The notes below the pieces were generated by a model. The model was not told where the DNA came from and did no database searches. It saw only the letters and a program-made list of their open reading frames with translations. From a virus (lineage: Duplodnaviria > Heunggongvirae > Uroviricota > Caudoviricetes): DNA of 24,712 nucleotides. Of the stretch, positions 8,168 through 18,624 are shown piece by piece. Position 1 is the stretch's first letter, and every line of letters begins with the position of its first letter. The DNA lies in the IMG/VR virus record IMGVR_UViG_2541047887_000002; one strand, written 5' to 3'. A program made the position numbers and the translations under genes.

Positions 8168-9385
8168 TTATTTGCCAGTGAGCGCCTTGATGGCTGCCAC
8201 ATCTTCCAGCACACAGTCAAAACGATGGAAAGCCAGAAATGCCACCTGATCAAACTCAGCATAACGCTCAACCAGACGTTTCAGTTCCATATAAGTAACG
8301 CGGCGAATGATAAAGCGGTTGAAATCCCCCAGGAAAATGAATTTTTTTCCGGTACCAATCCCGTCAATAGCCTGATCAATAACATAAGGGATCCCCAGCA
8401 CAGTAGCCGGCGTACCGCCTGCAATATCCGGCAGCCATAACGGGCGTTTCTGCCCATCCTCCATCTCTTCAATAGTCTGCAATGTGGCATCATTGAATGC
8501 CCAGCGGTATTTCGGCCCACCACGATATGCCGGATCAATGGCATGTTTCAGGGCATTCATTTCTTTCCAGGTGAAAGCGGCAGAGGCTGCAGTCTGGATG
8601 GTTCCCGTCACCGACGCTGCCAGCCCTTTTGGCTGTAACGGTGATCCCGTTCCGGTCCCCTGAACCAGATATTTTGCCTCTCCACGACCAATACGCTGGG
8701 CAATACGGTTTGCCAGATAAGATTCAATATCCACCCCACTGTCCTGGAGCAGCTCATTGGACACACGAATTATTTTTGATGACAGCTTTTTAGCCCCCAG
8801 AATAGCGGTCCCGAACGTCACATCCTGTTCCGTTGCGGCTGTATTTTCCGCCAGCAGTTCGCCCTCTTCAGTCGTGCCATCAGACGTTGACCAGGTGATA
8901 TCCTGCCCGGTTGATGTGGTCAGAAGTTGCGCCACACTGGCAATCCCGCCATAAGCCTTCATGGTGTCAATGATTTTGTTACGCATCTGCGTGGGCACCG
9001 TATATCCGCCCTGAGAATCCGTTGTTACACTCTGAGCCCGCAGTTCACGCATCAGATTACGCTCTTCAGCATTCAGTTCTGCAAATCCGGCACGCAGAAA
9101 ACGGTTAAATGCCGCAGCGCGCTTCTCTTCCACCGCCTTTTTCCCGTTCTCCGCCTCATTATTCTGGCGCTCTTCCGGCCCGGACTCATCCACATATGCC
9201 TGATCCTGACGGCGCAACTCTTCTTCACGGGCGATTTGCTCATCCAGCGCATCCAGCTCAGCTTTCGCCCTGTTCCACTCTGCCCGTTGCTCATCAGTCC
9301 ATGCGTTATCACCAATTTTTTCATGCAGTGCACGCATATCCTTTGCAATGGTGTTTCGTTTTTGCTTCATCTCATGAAGTTTCAT
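8168..9385 (-). CDS. Major capsid protein, HK97 family, with N-terminal delta/scaffold domain
   Basis: 405-aa ORF with a coiled-coil N-terminal about 100 aa and a C-terminal HK97-fold region. Follows the prohead protease as in HK97. Confidence 0.9.
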   Translation of the reverse strand: MKLHEMKQKRNTIAKDMRALHEKIGDNAWTDEQRAEWNRAKAELDALDEQIAREEELRRQDQAYVDESGPEERQNNEAENGKKAVEEKRAAAFNRFLRAGFAELNAEERNLMRELRAQSVTTDSQGGYTVPTQMRNKIIDTMKAYGGIASVAQLLTTSTGQDITWSTSDGTTEEGELLAENTAATEQDVTFGTAILGAKKLSSKIIRVSNELLQDSGVDIESYLANRIAQRIGRGEAKYLVQGTGTGSPLQPKGLAASVTGTIQTAASAAFTWKEMNALKHAIDPAYRGGPKYRWAFNDATLQTIEEMEDGQKRPLWLPDIAGGTPATVLGIPYVIDQAIDGIGTGKKFIFLGDFNRFIIRRVTYMELKRLVERYAEFDQVAFLAFHRFDCVLEDVAAIKALTGK

Positions 9386-9399
9386 CGTCAGTAGTATCC

Positions 9400-9999
9400 T
9401 TATGCATTAAGAAGGGTCAAAAGACGCTCACGCGCCATTCGTTCGTTAACAGCTTTCTTCAGCGCACCACTCGCCCGCGCTTCCTGCCAGGCTTTCATTG
9501 AGCGGACACCAGAGTCTGCGTCCTGATAGGCCGGATATGTCACCGGGCTGACGTCATACAGACGAGAAATGCGCGTGATTTCCCGGATAACAATCCCCTC
9601 GTCGTCTTCATACCAGCTCTCTCCGTCACGGGCGACACGAAACGCGAACGAGGACTGATTAATGTCACCACGCAACATTGGAGACAGCACCAGGTCACAA
9701 ATAGTCGGAGTATCCGGTGCAACAATGTCATAACGTAAACCGCGTTCATCCACCGACAATGACAACGTGCCGGCAGAACTTCGTCCGAGAATGAAATTAG
9801 GATCATGATTAAACAAGCCACGTACATCATCATTCAGTACATCATCAAAAGCCCCCGGCTTGATGATTTCACGAAATCCCCACAGAGGTTCTGAACGACT
9901 GTTAAATACCGAGCCATACCCCAGAATGTGGGTCGGGGCATTATCATATTGTTCCGCCCGCACCTCCCCGCTGTAACAGCGCGTTTCACGGTCATTCAT
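9400..9999 (-). CDS. Prohead maturation protease, HK97 family
   Basis: 199-aa ORF between portal and capsid genes. Its start overlaps the portal stop (ATGAATGA). Confidence 0.85.
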   Translation of the reverse strand: MNDRETRCYSGEVRAEQYDNAPTHILGYGSVFNSRSEPLWGFREIIKPGAFDDVLNDDVRGLFNHDPNFILGRSSAGTLSLSVDERGLRYDIVAPDTPTICDLVLSPMLRGDINQSSFAFRVARDGESWYEDDEGIVIREITRISRLYDVSPVTYPAYQDADSGVRSMKAWQEARASGALKKAVNERMARERLLTLLNA

Positions 10000-11218
10000 C
10001 GTTCTTTTCCTCTTTGCCTTTCGTATCTTTAAAGTTATTCAACGGATTTGCTGCATTTACGCTGACCAGCATTTCATCCAGACCGTCAACCGGGTTCATA
10101 TCCTCAAATGCCCTGGCTTCATTCCGACTCATCCAGCCATCTGTAATGGCAAAGTGATAGAACTGCGCACGCTCCTGTGGGGTCCCACGGAGCAACCCCG
10201 TGAGGTTGAAACGAACGTAATACCCGGCAGCCCGTTCTGTACGGGTAAACAGGCGACGGTTAAGCTCCTGCTCCCAGTTCGCAACCCAGGGCATCATCGT
10301 GTAGCGAACAAACTGAATCGCCTGCTGCGTAATATTCGAAAATGTGGCTTTTTCCAGGTCATTAATCATGTGCGCCGGGACATTAAAAATCCCGGCAATC
10401 ATCGACCGGTTCAGCTTGGTCATATCAATGATCTGAGCATCCACCGGAGAAACTGTCAGAGCGCGGTAATCCAGTTGCGCAGGCAGCAACATGGTTTTAT
10501 TTTCCTGGCTGCGAAGCGCTGTCACCGCCCGCTGCCACATATTTTTAAGCCTGCCCCAGCTTTGTTCGTTCAGTTCATTTTTCACAGAAATAATACCGGC
10601 AGGACGGGCATTACCGTTAAAAAAGGCGCTGGTATACTGCTGGCCACTCATTCCCATACCAATGGTTTCAGCATGCTGCATGATCGGGCTCAGTCCCATT
10701 TTCTGATTGTTTCCCAGCGCCCTGATATGGATCATGTCGTCCGGACTTACCGCAAATGCACCCTCTTCGTTATACACCCCGTAAGTATGACGCCCACCGG
10801 TGTTAAGTAACGTGGTTTCCCATGGCATACAGCATTCAAGGCTGGTAACCTCTCCACGACGATTACGTTTTACCCACGTATAACCATTGCCCCACCCCAG
10901 CACATGACGCTGCTTCAGTTCCCGCCACTTATAGCTGGTCTGCCAGGCATTAGGTTCATCATGAACGAGCCAGAACAACGGATGATCGCGTGCCGGCTGA
11001 ACATGCTCATTCGTTTTTCGCATCACATGCAGGGGCATCTGAGCCACACTGGATGAAATAACATAAATACAGGCATAGACAGCAGCCAGCTTCATGGATG
11101 TTTCCGGACTGACATACACATCCCGGGCAAAAATATTATCCGTCTCAGCGGCCTCTCCGGTTACCGGAACCGAGGGATTTTCCAGAGGCTCACTGCGAAA
11201 CAGAGCATCAAGAAGCAT
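9992..11218 (-). CDS. Portal protein, HK97 family
   Basis: 408-aa ORF downstream of the large terminase, with typical portal size and an acidic C-terminal tail. Confidence 0.9.
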   Translation of the reverse strand: MLLDALFRSEPLENPSVPVTGEAAETDNIFARDVYVSPETSMKLAAVYACIYVISSSVAQMPLHVMRKTNEHVQPARDHPLFWLVHDEPNAWQTSYKWRELKQRHVLGWGNGYTWVKRNRRGEVTSLECCMPWETTLLNTGGRHTYGVYNEEGAFAVSPDDMIHIRALGNNQKMGLSPIMQHAETIGMGMSGQQYTSAFFNGNARPAGIISVKNELNEQSWGRLKNMWQRAVTALRSQENKTMLLPAQLDYRALTVSPVDAQIIDMTKLNRSMIAGIFNVPAHMINDLEKATFSNITQQAIQFVRYTMMPWVANWEQELNRRLFTRTERAAGYYVRFNLTGLLRGTPQERAQFYHFAITDGWMSRNEARAFEDMNPVDGLDEMLVSVNAANPLNNFKDTKGKEEKNDE

Positions 11219-11348
11219 GTTTTCTCCTCATGGACACCACCAGTGCATAAAGCAGCAACAAACAGCCCGACAGCATCAGAGACGCTGGCAGACCTGCATA
11301 CAGATAAACGCCAGCAGTGAGCAAACCGAAACCGATCAGCCCGGTCAT
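11208..11348 (-). CDS. Hypothetical small hydrophobic protein (46 aa), possible membrane peptide
   Basis: Hand-translated minus-strand ORF MTGLIGFGLLTAGVYLYAGLPASLMLSGCLLLLYALVVSMRRKHAS, between the large terminase and portal genes and overlapping the portal ATG. No clear Shine-Dalgarno. Confidence 0.25.
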   Translation of the reverse strand: MTGLIGFGLLTAGVYLYAGLPASLMLSGCLLLLYALVVSMRRKHAS

Positions 11349-11365
11349 ATCAGTAATAAGCTGTT

Positions 11366-13123
11366 TCACAGAATTAACAGGTCCTCATCAGGATCAAGCG
11401 TGGACAGAAAGTCATTCACGCCCCCTCCATTTACCAGAAAGCGGCTCATGGCTGTAAAAAGCGCAACAGGGCCGTCGATTTTGGCTTCCGGCGTGGATTT
11501 ATTCGGGAAGATGTTGTCGTTTTTGTCCGGTTTTACAGTAACGTTAGACATCATCCAGTTCATGACCGGATGATTGCTGTGATGGAAACGCCCGGCATAA
11601 ACCAGTGATTCCGTTTCCTTCATGGCCTCTGACAGATTGCGGACCGTCTGCGGAACCTCCACCAGCGGTATCCCTTCTTCAGCCAGTGCCAGGCTGAACT
11701 GCATTGCGCTCCACGGGTCAAATCCCAGTTCCCTGAGGTTTTCACCGCCAATCCATTCCAGTAAGTCACTTTTTATCTGAGCATGATCGATAACATCACC
11801 ATCCGTCAGGATGAGCTTATCCATCTCCGCCCACTTCCGGTAAAGTTCTGCCTGCTGCCGCGAGCATCGTTCCAGCCGTCCTTCCGGAAGCCAGAATTTA
11901 AAATCAGCATGAACATGTCCGTTATCGGTTCGCCAGAGTTTTGCCGCCGCACAGATATCAATCTTATGAGCAAGGTCGACGCCGACCCACATGGGATATG
12001 TTTTCAGCTCATGTTGTGGAGCAATGTATTCGCACTTCTCCCACTTAATCATATCCATCCAGGCAGATTCGGCAGTGACCCACACATTCATGTGTTTGGT
12101 AAAAAAATTCACCCGCGCAGAGACCTGCTCCTTCGCTTTTTTCGCCAGACGACGCAGATCATCCCAGCGTTTACAGATGCCCAGGCCAGGATTCGCTTTC
12201 TGCCAGACCGTTTCATCAAACGGATCATCTCCCTCATCAAGCGTGTAAATGATCGCAAAGTAAGAGTCGTCTTTTACAGCGCCCTCCACGTCGCTGTTAT
12301 AGCCTCGCAATACCTTGATGGCGTAATCACGCTGCTCGTAACAAATCCCTTCCTTGTTAAAGCCAGCCGTGGTGATACCAAATAACAGGGACTGCAGACG
12401 GGCACCGGTTGCCGTTTCCAGAACGTCCCACACGTCGCGGGTTTTATGTGCATGCAGCTCATCAATAATGGCGCAGTGGATGTTCAGACCGTCCAGGTTG
12501 TTTGCATCCGAGGAAAGCGGTTCAAATTTTGATGCGCTCTGCTCCTGGTAAATCGCCAGCTTGTTGAAATCAAACAACCGCCCGAGTGTCGACCGGGCTT
12601 TTCTGACCATATTTTTGGCGTCTTCAAACACGATTCTGGCCTGGTCACGCGTGGTTGCGGCTGAATACACCTCAGCTCCGCCTTCACTATCTGCCCCCGT
12701 CATATACAGGCCGATACCCGATGACAGTGTTGATTTTGCGTTTTTACGGGCGACTTCGTTGTACGCCGTCCGGAACCGGCGCACCATCACCGGACGTCCG
12801 CTGCCATCGCTGCGCATGACAACTTCCCCGGTTTCTTCATTGACCAGCGGAATGACAAAACCAAAAATATTAATGAGGATAAATACATGCCAGTCCATCA
12901 ACTCAATGGGCTGGCCTGCCAGTACCCCTTTTACATGAGGCACAAATTTGTAGAAATTCAGGATGTGCTGCGCACGGGGTTCACTGAAATAAATCCCCCG
13001 CTTTTCGCCGTACTTCAGATCATCAAGAAAACGCTGGCAGGCCAGGCGGACAAATTCGCCAGCAACAATTTCTCCTGCAACAACACGTTCGGCGTAGCGG
13101 ATCCCGTCAGCCACTTTTGCCAT
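11366..13123 (-). CDS. Terminase large subunit
   Basis: 585-aa ORF with an ATPase-like N-terminal region and nuclease-like C-terminal region. Its start overlaps the small terminase stop (ATGA). Confidence 0.9.
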   Translation of the reverse strand: MAKVADGIRYAERVVAGEIVAGEFVRLACQRFLDDLKYGEKRGIYFSEPRAQHILNFYKFVPHVKGVLAGQPIELMDWHVFILINIFGFVIPLVNEETGEVVMRSDGSGRPVMVRRFRTAYNEVARKNAKSTLSSGIGLYMTGADSEGGAEVYSAATTRDQARIVFEDAKNMVRKARSTLGRLFDFNKLAIYQEQSASKFEPLSSDANNLDGLNIHCAIIDELHAHKTRDVWDVLETATGARLQSLLFGITTAGFNKEGICYEQRDYAIKVLRGYNSDVEGAVKDDSYFAIIYTLDEGDDPFDETVWQKANPGLGICKRWDDLRRLAKKAKEQVSARVNFFTKHMNVWVTAESAWMDMIKWEKCEYIAPQHELKTYPMWVGVDLAHKIDICAAAKLWRTDNGHVHADFKFWLPEGRLERCSRQQAELYRKWAEMDKLILTDGDVIDHAQIKSDLLEWIGGENLRELGFDPWSAMQFSLALAEEGIPLVEVPQTVRNLSEAMKETESLVYAGRFHHSNHPVMNWMMSNVTVKPDKNDNIFPNKSTPEAKIDGPVALFTAMSRFLVNGGGVNDFLSTLDPDEDLLIL

Positions 13124-13605
13124 CAGTCTCTCGCTTTTAAAAGCTCTGCCAGCGGATCAACATTATCCGGTCCGGCGGTATTTACTTTTGCCCGGCTTGC
13201 CGGTGACATACCAAATTCTGCAAGCATCGCCCGGATCCGCTTCCAGGCATCCGCTTTCATCGCAGCAGCCGGGTGTGCCTTAATCAGCACATCACCGTTC
13301 TGCGTTTCCGAGCGGTAGGTGTACCCCTCAACATCGAGTGTTTCGCAGTGATGCCGGTATTCGGTATAGGCTTCCACCAGTAGCTCAAGCGCACGCGCAT
13401 CAAGCTGAGAAATGATCCCTTCCGCATTCAGCTCTTCCGCCATTCGCCTGAACCAGTACTTCCCCTGCGCCCCTAAATGTTGCGGAATTTTAGGGAGACC
13501 TTTTTCATCCTTTTTAGCGGTTTTTTTGAGGTCTTTAACTGGCCGCTTTGAGGGGTTGCCTCGTATCAAATGCAGGCGTGGCGGGATTTTCGGGGGTCCA
13601 GACAT
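13123..13605 (-). CDS. Terminase small subunit (P27-family like)
   Basis: 160-aa basic ORF immediately upstream of the large terminase and translationally coupled to it. Confidence 0.8.
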   Translation of the reverse strand: MSGPPKIPPRLHLIRGNPSKRPVKDLKKTAKKDEKGLPKIPQHLGAQGKYWFRRMAEELNAEGIISQLDARALELLVEAYTEYRHHCETLDVEGYTYRSETQNGDVLIKAHPAAAMKADAWKRIRAMLAEFGMSPASRAKVNTAGPDNVDPLAELLKARD

Positions 13606-13752
13606 AATCGGTTTTACCTATCAATCATTTGATCACATTCCAAAAAAAAGTTTTCGAACCTGCGGCGATGCGAGGAAAGGTCAGGCGGCGGTACTGAGCA
13701 GCCAGGGTTGCTGAGATTTGACCCGCCCCTCCCCTACAGATGGGAACTGTTA

Positions 13753-14103
13753 TCAATTGATGCGTTCGCGCGCTGTTTTTGCTTTATGACAGGGCCAGCA
13801 CAGACTCTGCAGGTTACTGTCTGCATCTGTGCCACCATGAGCTTTCGGAATGATGTGGTCCACAGTTCTGGCTTCAACGGCTCTCCCATTGCGCAGGCAG
13901 TTCTGACACAGATGATTATCACGCTTCAGTATGCGCGCACGTATGGCATCCCATTTCGAGCCATAGCCACGCTGGTGGCGGCTCAGTCCGCGTTGATGCT
14001 TTACCCATCCTTCGCCACGATGTTTATCGCAGTAACCAGAACTGTCTGTGGTTGTACCTGCACATCCACGCTTACGGCAGGCGCGTGGGATTAGTGCTGG
14101 CAT
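13753..14103 (-). CDS. HNH homing-type endonuclease, terminase-associated
   Basis: 116-aa ORF with CxxC...HxxxxH...CxxCH HNH motifs (CQNCLRNG...DHIIPKAHGG...CWPCH). Sits next to the terminase as in HK97-like phages. Confidence 0.85.
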   Translation of the reverse strand: MPALIPRACRKRGCAGTTTDSSGYCDKHRGEGWVKHQRGLSRHQRGYGSKWDAIRARILKRDNHLCQNCLRNGRAVEARTVDHIIPKAHGGTDADSNLQSLCWPCHKAKTARERIN

Positions 14104-14241
14104 GTTTCGCCCTTATATAAATCAAAGGTGACCTGCATTGAGTATCTCCATGGAATAGATTTGCTGCTGATATGAGACAGATCAATAGACTTCATGAGCC
14201 AACGGGTGTAGATATTACTTTTTACTTCAGAGGGTTAACTC

Positions 14242-14781
14242 ATGGATATTAAAGATAAAATCAATACCATTTTGTTATGTGACATTGCCATCCACCTAGG
14301 TATCGAAACTGATATTGATCCACAGCTTGTTAAATATGCTGTGTCATCTGGTAATGATTGGGTTATCAAGGCCGAATATTCACATTTGGATGTTGACGAA
14401 CCAAGTAAAGAAGATCGTGATTTTGTTACTGCTGTCTTGAATATGTATCGCGGACTTTCCAATGCTTTCAGGAAACTTAGTGATGACGAGCAAAAAGAAT
14501 TAGTCCGTGACCATCATCTAAAAATACATGATGGGGCAATTCAGCTCCCAGGTTTCGACGGTAATAATGAATGCGATTACTTCAGTATCATTGAGGCATA
14601 TCAGAAAATTGATCGCTTCCCCGAACAGAAACAGCCCATTGCCAATACTCATTCACGTACAGAACATCTCTATAACGCAATGCTTGATGAGTTTAAGAAA
14701 ATTGACGCTGTAAATCGAAGCTGGGATTTATCGAAGGAAGAACTGGCATCCATTCTTTCCACAGCTCCACGCAGTTTCTAA
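14242..14781 (+). CDS. YfbU-family (UPF0304) protein, moron gene on the opposite strand to the late operon
   Basis: 179-aa ORF with ATG at 14242 and an AGGG Shine-Dalgarno. AT-rich by eye. Sequence reminiscent of E. coli YfbU. Followed by its own plus-strand terminator. Confidence 0.7.
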   Translation: MDIKDKINTILLCDIAIHLGIETDIDPQLVKYAVSSGNDWVIKAEYSHLDVDEPSKEDRDFVTAVLNMYRGLSNAFRKLSDDEQKELVRDHHLKIHDGAIQLPGFDGNNECDYFSIIEAYQKIDRFPEQKQPIANTHSRTEHLYNAMLDEFKKIDAVNRSWDLSKEELASILSTAPRSF

Positions 14782-14786
14782 GTGCT

Positions 14787-15053
14787 TTAGGCGGGTTTCC
14801 AACCCGCCTTATTATGCTCGTATATAGAGAAGGAAGCACCCAAATTAACCAGCGCGGATTTCTTTTCCTCAATACGGCTGTTAAGTTCAGCAACTGCATG
14901 CGGGCGTATGGCCTCAAGAAAAGCACTATATTGATAGGCAGACTGGATTGTCACACCAAGCCCTGCACCACTTTCCAGTATACCTTTCTGTCGCTGTAGC
15001 TCTTTCATCTCGTTATAGATGTAATGTGCGTTACTTAGGTTTTCTACGTTCAC
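14787..15053 (-). CDS. Hypothetical protein (88 aa, GTG start); may be spurious
   Basis: Six-frame ORF convergent with the YfbU-like gene. Its last codons run through the terminator hairpin. GGAAG lies about 10 nt upstream of the GTG. No recognisable motif. Confidence 0.3.
   Translation of the reverse strand: MNVENLSNAHYIYNEMKELQRQKGILESGAGLGVTIQSAYQYSAFLEAIRPHAVAELNSRIEEKKSALVNLGASFSIYEHNKAGWKPA
14789..14815 (+). terminator. Intrinsic terminator of the YfbU-like gene
   Basis: 9-bp stem AGGCGGGUU / AACCCGCCU with a 3-nt loop, followed by UUAUUAU, starting 8 nt after the stop codon. Confidence 0.6.
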
Positions 15054-15208
15054 GCCCTAAGTTCTTCCTGCAGTTAGCCTGCACTGATTTGTTATGCGCC
15101 AATATGTCCCGCTTCGTCTGTTGCATTATCATAAGTAATAGCGTAGGTTGACACCTTGGCTCTCTTTCGCCACCGGCGAATCTTTAGCGGATTATCCTTG
15201 GCCGGTTT

Positions 15209-15676
15209 TTATCTGAGACATTGCTCACGAATGTATAGCTGTGCCCCTTCCAGTTGCTTCTGCATCGTCATCAACCGTTCTCTGAGGGTGAAATAATCCC
15301 GTTCAGCGGTGTCTGCCAGTCTGGGGCTGGTTGCATTATCCACGCTGGTGGGTCCGGTGGCTTCACGCACGGCTGCGGAGCAACTGGCATTGACCCGCAG
15401 GCGCTTACGACCAGCGGCAACATCAGCGCGCAGAGTTTCATTTTCAGCTTTCGCATTGGCTAATTCTCTCGAGTACTTTGCATCGAGCGCAGCAACATCA
15501 CGCTGACGCTGTTGCATGTCAGCGATGGTGGCAGTCGCCTGCTTCAGCTCACTGACTTTTTTATCACGCTGTTCTTTGTAGGCGATGGCGTTATCACGGT
15601 AATGATTGACCGCCCACGACAGGCAGACGATGGTGCAGATAACCAGAGTATAAATAATCGCTGCGACTCTGCTCAC
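15209..15676 (-). CDS. Rz: Rz i-spanin
   Basis: GTG start overlapping the endolysin stop (GTGA), with a GGGGGA Shine-Dalgarno. N-terminal transmembrane segment and coiled-coil periplasmic domain; collinear with lambda Rz. Confidence 0.85.
   Translation of the reverse strand: MSRVAAIIYTLVICTIVCLSWAVNHYRDNAIAYKEQRDKKVSELKQATATIADMQQRQRDVAALDAKYSRELANAKAENETLRADVAAGRKRLRVNASCSAAVREATGPTSVDNATSPRLADTAERDYFTLRERLMTMQKQLEGAQLYIREQCLR
15271..15456 (-). CDS. Rz1: Rz1 o-spanin lipoprotein, embedded in the +1 frame of Rz
   Basis: 61-aa [25 protein letters not shown]... with lipobox LVVSAC and a Pro-rich mature part ([24 protein letters not shown]). Confidence 0.85.
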   Translation of the reverse strand: MRKLKMKLCALMLPLVVSACGSMPVAPQPCVKPPDPPAWIMQPAPDWQTPLNGIISPSENG

Positions 15677-16206
15677 TGATCTATCCCCCAACAGGCTAAT
15701 GCGCTTTCCTGGTCACGACGAATAACCTGTCCATAGCAGTTATTTGAACGTATGCGGCAATCGCGCCCACCATCTTTTATCCACCAGCGAATCGCCTCGC
15801 ATGCGCCCTTACGATCACCGGCATTCAGCCGCTTATAAAACGTCGACGGGAAACACTTACCGGGGCCAATGTTATAGGGACAGAATGACGCTATACCCGC
15901 TTTCTGTGGTTCGGTCAGTGGTACTTTAATATTGCGCTCTACCCATGCCAGCGCCTTATCACGTTCAATAGCGTTAACCTGGTCGCATTTTTCCTTCGAC
16001 AGCTTCATTCCCGGTATGACGGGCTTACCATCCACCATTGTGGCACCCCGACAGATGGTCCAGATGCCGGCCCCATCGCGGTATGCCGTTGTGTGGTTAC
16101 CTTCTTTTTCATCCAGAAACTGGTCGAGAATATCAGGCGCGGGCGCACCGACGGCAATCAGTGCCAGAACGGCAGCCGACAGGCCGTATCTGATTTTTGC
16201 GTTCAT
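15673..16206 (-). CDS. R: SAR endolysin (T4-lysozyme-like / GH24, phage 21 R type)
   Basis: 177-aa ORF with an N-terminal hydrophobic signal-anchor-release segment ([18 protein letters not shown]) and catalytic spacing E-8aa-D-5aa-T ([16 protein letters not shown]). Confidence 0.9.
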   Translation of the reverse strand: MNAKIRYGLSAAVLALIAVGAPAPDILDQFLDEKEGNHTTAYRDGAGIWTICRGATMVDGKPVIPGMKLSKEKCDQVNAIERDKALAWVERNIKVPLTEPQKAGIASFCPYNIGPGKCFPSTFYKRLNAGDRKGACEAIRWWIKDGGRDCRIRSNNCYGQVIRRDQESALACWGIDQ

Positions 16207-16269
16207 GGATATTTATCAGGATTTATCGGTTTCTGCCCACGGACAGGTTTATCTGTTCCGGTCAGTGAC

Positions 16270-16620
16270 TTAAGGTTGTGATTCCGGAGGAGTCTTCAGA
16301 GAACCAGTAATTCTTCCTGGTAGCTTTCCTTTGTAGGTTATCCACACATTCTGCGCCTCTAAAATTACGGGGCGCTTTTCCGGCGACTGCTCATCCCCTT
16401 CACATAACCCGGCAGCAACATCCAGGAAGACCTGTCTGATGCTCCTTCTGGCTGCTGCCTCATAAAACCCCAGCGCGGCACCTTCAACACGGTCCAGCGA
16501 GATGTCCAGGTCAAAAATTTCACCGTCAAAGCGTTTTTTGTCCCGTAACGCTAAAGTTACCGTAACTTTATTCTCAAAATTGCGGATCCCTTTCACAATC
16601 AGTTCATAGTTTTGAGTCAT
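16270..16620 (-). CDS. YdfR-like (DUF1327) phage protein between holin and endolysin
   Basis: 116-aa ORF in the position that ydfR occupies in the E. coli Qin prophage (essQ-ydfR-rrrQ). Its Shine-Dalgarno region now abuts the IS911 left end. Confidence 0.65.
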   Translation of the reverse strand: MTQNYELIVKGIRNFENKVTVTLALRDKKRFDGEIFDLDISLDRVEGAALGFYEAAARRSIRQVFLDVAAGLCEGDEQSPEKRPVILEAQNVWITYKGKLPGRITGSLKTPPESQP

Positions 16621-16629
16621 TGAATTACT

Positions 16630-16632
16630 CTC
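16630..16632. repeat. Target-site duplication CTC, left copy
   Basis: Identical 3-bp CTC flanks both IS ends (16630-16632 and 17883-17885). Confidence 0.7.
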
Positions 16633-16704
16633 TGAAGTGGTTTACTGAATTTGGCCACCTGAACAGAGGTGATATGCTCACCTCAGAACAACACAGGTGC
16701 CATA

Positions 16705-18093
<1,389 letters not shown>

Positions 18094-18230
18094 AGCCTCA
18101 CCTCCGCAGCGAACGGATGGCGTAGTTATAAGGGGAGCGAAAAAGAAAGAATGCGCGATTGCGCAATATGGTAACGTCAGGGTATTATCCACTGGCTGAA
18201 TAGATCACTTCACGTTTTTTGTTCCTTGCC

Positions 18231-18258
18231 GCCCGTATCCATATGCGGGCTTTTTTTT
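18231..18258 (+). terminator. Plus-strand intrinsic terminator-like hairpin upstream of the holin
   Basis: 8-bp stem GCCCGUAU / AUAUGCGGGC followed by eight U on the plus strand. Confidence 0.4.
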
Positions 18259-18264
18259 GCATGT

Positions 18265-18294
18265 AAAAAGGCCCCAACACATGTGCGTGGGGCC
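18265..18294 (-). terminator. Minus-strand intrinsic terminator-like hairpin
   Basis: Minus strand reads GGCCCCACGCACAUGUGUUGGGGCC followed by UUUUU. Confidence 0.45.
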
Positions 18295-18494
18295 TGAGAG
18301 TATACATGGTTTCAGTCAACTGCATGGTGCCGGGTGCCTCCCGGTGAATTCAGTACCAGCACCTGAATCCGCGATTATCCCATATACCTACTCGCTGATT
18401 GCCCCTCCGCACAGGGGGATTCACCATGCCAGTTTCTTTTAACAAACTCCCCGCAAAACAGACAACTGTCAACCGTCTGAATTGTGAGACATTT

Positions 18495-18520
18495 AAAAAA
18501 AAGGCCCGCAAAAGCGAGCC
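18495..18520 (-). terminator. Intrinsic terminator after the tRNA cluster
   Basis: Minus strand reads GGCUCGC-UUUU-GCGGGCC followed by eight U, about 15 nt after the 3' end of the last tRNA. Confidence 0.55.
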
Positions 18521-18534
18521 GGGAAAAATAAGTC

Positions 18535-18611
18535 TGGCGCGTTGTACTGGATTCGAACCAGTGACCGATTGCTTAGAAGGCAATTGCTCTGTCCGGTTGA
18601 GCTAACAACGC
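18535..18611 (-). tRNA. tRNA-Arg (anticodon UCU)
   Basis: Hand-folded cloverleaf: acceptor GCGUUGU/ACAACGC, D-stem GCUC/GAGC, anticodon stem AUUGC/GCAAU with loop CUUCUAA, T-loop UUCGAAU, encoded 3' CCA. Confidence 0.75.
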
Positions 18612-18624
18612 AGGGTACAGATAA

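Noticed and set aside
7774-8271. Long form of the connector ORF (165 aa) starting at 8271
   Set aside because: It would overlap the 3' end of the major capsid gene and run across two hairpins. The internal ATG at 8091 has an AGGAG Shine-Dalgarno.
14787-15053. Treating the 88-aa ORF as a confident toxin or partner of the YfbU-like gene
   Set aside because: Its 3' end overlaps the YfbU terminator hairpin, it starts with GTG, and it has no recognisable motif. It is kept only as a low-confidence feature.
18094-18534. Possible Shiga-toxin or other cargo genes downstream of the tRNAs
   Set aside because: No ORF of plausible size is present on either strand in the slot, only hairpins, so no toxin gene is claimed.
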